A DNA stretch of 64,000 nucleotides. It comes from Camelus dromedarius. Taxonomy: Eukaryota. Below, piece after piece: positions 60,587 to 64,000 of this stretch (its first letter is position 1; each line of letters begins with the position of its first letter). The notes beneath the pieces were generated by a model, which did no database searches, was not told the origin of the DNA, and saw only the letters and a list, made by a program, of their open reading frames with translations. Location of the stretch: the NCBI RefSeq assembly GCF_036321535.1, contig NC_087437.1, forward strand, positions 77,874,001 to 77,938,000, in the 5' to 3' direction. The position numbers and the translations under genes were made by a program.

Positions 60587-63500
60587 TCTATACAAGTATG
60601 CATGCCCACAGGTCTAGGTTGTTCAGAGCTGCACTCGCTAGTTTAAAGTGGACAACTTGCTTATCACCAGATGCAGGAATTCAAAGATCACCAGGCTCTA
60701 GACAAAGCCAGAATCACCCTAAGTCACTCTCATCAATTAATCGATAAATTCATTCATTCAACAAATATGTATTAAGGTTCTATGTGTCATTAGAGATGTT
60801 AGCAGACAGCTGTGAAAATGACAGCTTGAAGCAATTGTATCTAAAAATTTAATTTCAATGGTGATGTCCTTTAATTATTTTTCTGGAAATTTGCATTGGT
60901 ACATAACTAGTCTGCTTGCCTTATGTAATTAAAATATATGACATAACCAGCACTTCTAAAGGGGAACCAACACACATACTCAGCTGTTTGCTTTCACATC
61001 AAAATTACCATTGGATGGAAAAATATTGAAAGCAAAGTCTATAACCATACCCTGCTTCAAAAACACATATTCAAATACTTTTCAATTAAAATTTTTTTTT
61101 GGTTGACAAGAATCTCATATCCAAATATATATACACTATTGCAGGGTCTTATGTGCTGATGTTCTAAATTTTTCTTTATGTTTGATATATATCTTCCAAT
61201 TAAAATTTACATTTTGTTAGTTTGGATATTTGTTTTATTCTTCACTTTTTTTTACTGCGCATGTTACACGACAGACAACAGGAAAATATATTTATATACT
61301 GTTTATTATATTTCAAGGGGAGATAATGATCCAACAGTATAGAGTTCAGAGAAGAACAGTGGTGGGTTTCCCCATAGCTGAACTTCCCAGGTTGAAATAC
61401 TGTGCCCAAACTTACTAATACACTATGTAAGATGCACTTAAATGCTAATGTAACCCACTGGTATATCAAGTATACTGCTGTCATTCTCTCGAAGGAAAAA
61501 AATATAATGTGAAGCAGAAATTGATTCATTACAGCACAACATAATGACTTAATCTCCAGTTGTTTTGGAGTTGATATTGAGGACATGCTATAGTAGATAA
61601 GCAGATGCAGACTTGAGTGAGTGACTAAAAACATATGGTAAGAAGAAACTCAGCAAGATGAGCTAGATATCACTGGGAATTTTAAATGAGTGGAGGAAAA
61701 AAAAACTGAAAAAAGATCACTGAAGTTTTACAACAAAGAAGGTATCAAGAGGGTATCATGATAGATAAATAGGAATACCTACAACAGCAAGCTGCTGCCC
61801 CTTCTGCTAACTGAAGCCTTGGGCTCCTGTGTTTCTGAAGACCAGTAAATAAACCTGCAAGACTGGACTAGTTGATGATGTAGCAGAACACAAAAGGCAA
61901 CTTTTTTCTACATATTTTATTTTCAGGGCAATGAAACAAAAGTTGAAACCTTAGAAAAAAATGTAAAAAGATCCATCTCCAACTGGTCTACCACTTTGGC
62001 CTTATGAGGAGAAATATATTAAGGTATTAAAATAAGGGATTGATAATAAATCCCCCAAAACATGATGCACACAATTAGAAAATAGATTATGGCCATGACA
62101 AAAAAGGTATTAGTAATAGCATTTGCTGTGTCACAGACACCGTGACTTAAAGAAATCTAGGATAAAAAATGTGCAAGAGATGTTGCTGTAACTTGTATCT
62201 CCTGAGTATGTTGCCTGTTTCCTAATTTTCTTTTGATGAGTCACTTTGTGTTATAAACTATTATTTATTCTAACAAGACAATGTATGACAATTACCCATA
62301 TATTTTCTCATGTTATTAAGATTCTTTGAACATTGTTGATAATCAACCCTGATTAATCAGAATAAATTAGTGAAGTTAAATCTGTTCACATATATCACCC
62401 CATTTTCATATTCATTTTTACAGGAATCAGGGCACAAAATAAGTCTTTAAATAATCTTCCATTCAACTGCTCTTTTAAAAATAGGACTCGAGTCAAATTA
62501 GTGGTTAGGTAAAGCCTCATTAATTTTTCTGCAGAAATATATCCCATTTTATGGACTATTTTAGATATTTATTAAAGACAGTACCATTTAGTAAAAACTC
62601 CATAATTCCTGAGGATTTTCCAATACATTTATGTCTAGTGTGTTATAAAACAAGGGCATATATGATGCTCATAATCTACTAAGTAGCAATTAATGTAAGT
62701 ATATATTACTTCATTAGCAGGATATTTGAGTTAATTGCAAATGTTGTTATGAAGAGTATTCAGAATATGTATCACTCTGACTGAAAATTCCATGATCCTC
62801 ACCCACAAGATTAGTGAAAGCTTGTAAATGAAATGCCATCTTTGCTTCTCAGCATCTCTGTAGCAATGCTAAGGAGTCTGAAAAATTCTTTTAGACAGAA
62901 AAAATATTTTACAATGATTTCCATTTAAATCCCAGGTATCTTACCATGGCTTCAAAGGACTCCTTTTTAAAATATGAAATTTGGAAACCATTAACACCAA
63001 AGCAGAAGCAATTTATGAAAAAGTAAATTAATAGTCATCCCAGGAAAGTAATCGTAGAAGCAGCTTTGTGGTTATTCAGGTTTAATAATGTGACAAACGC
63101 TATCTTGGATACTTGGAATCTTACTGTAATTTCTAAACTCAAAAACTGGAAAGATCTAGCATAATAGAAAAACAAGCACTGGGGATATAAGAAGTGATCA
63201 CTGCGTTCTGCTTGGATGGGACCTGGAAGTGAAATCCTAGTTCATGTGGCTCAGTGAAGCGATAGATAATGGAGTTTGGCATGACTTGTGGAGCTAAGAA
63301 TTACTGCCTTTGAAAAGAAGGATATTGACCTAATTATTATAGGTTAAAAAAAAAAAAAGGCATATGATGTCACCAGTTTCATATACATGTATTTGCCCAG
63401 TCTCAGGCAGACCAGAGGATGACTTTTGAAACAGAGGCATGTGAAGATTATTTTAACACTCATCCCTATTTTGAAGATCATTTGTGTGTGTGTGTGTGGG

Positions 63501-64000
63501 AGGCTATAGAGGCAGAATTCCTCTCTTCTTATGGTGAGAAGATTTACAGGGTCCTCACAGCTCATTCAGATAAGAAGAAAAAGACTCATTCTTTCTGTCA
63601 CACCCAATATCCTTATCTGTCTCTTCTAATGATCTGCCTAGTCCAGTAGGTTTGTGTTCTCGCTGCTGGATGAACTACTGGGTCAGGGTTGAAGAGGCAC
63701 TCTAATTAGCCAGCCTGGGGCCAGGGAGACCACCATTTAATTAATCCCTGCACCATAAGGTGGAGAAAAAGTAGCTCCCCAAAGGAAGGGATAAAGGGAA
63801 AAGGAAAAAGTAAAAGATGTTATCTTCCAAGGATGACCAAAATCTCCTCTGAAAGCAACTGAAATTTAATGATTGAGTTGTTGGGAGAATAGAATTGTTT
63901 TTCTTTTTCATGCAGACAGCCTGATTTTTTCCCCCAAATATTATTCCTTACCACATATTGCTCTTTTGAACTATGGTACAGTTTTTCACCGAGAAAAGAA

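Overview
Mammalian genomic DNA, most likely camelid: it carries three tRNA-Ala-derived Vic-1-type SINEs and related L1 3' ends. The only supportable protein-coding feature is exon 1 of ALCAM (CD166) on the minus strand (ATG at 28049, 73 coding nt encoding most of the signal peptide, donor CAG|GTGAGC at 27977/27976), inside a large promoter CpG island. Positions 1-27976 are the proximal part of ALCAM intron 1; no further exon was recognised. The remainder is upstream DNA with a second CpG island (~41.5-42.2 kb), many old repeats (MIR, L2, CR1/L3, MLT1, MER21-like LTR, hAT and Tigger MITEs, L1) and a 5'-truncated, decayed ERV-L provirus (~55.3-58.1 kb). I find no clear evidence of a new multi-gene system. 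The most notable observations are a poly-Ile uORF encoded by an (ATT)11 microsatellite in the ALCAM 5' leader, with an in-frame upstream CUG; a sharply CpG-rich 3' end on the otherwise CpG-poor ERV-L; a perfect 96-bp tandem duplication; and an L1 and a SINE inserted sequentially at the same nick. Repeat family names come from recalled consensus sequences, not database searches, and old-repeat boundaries are approximate.
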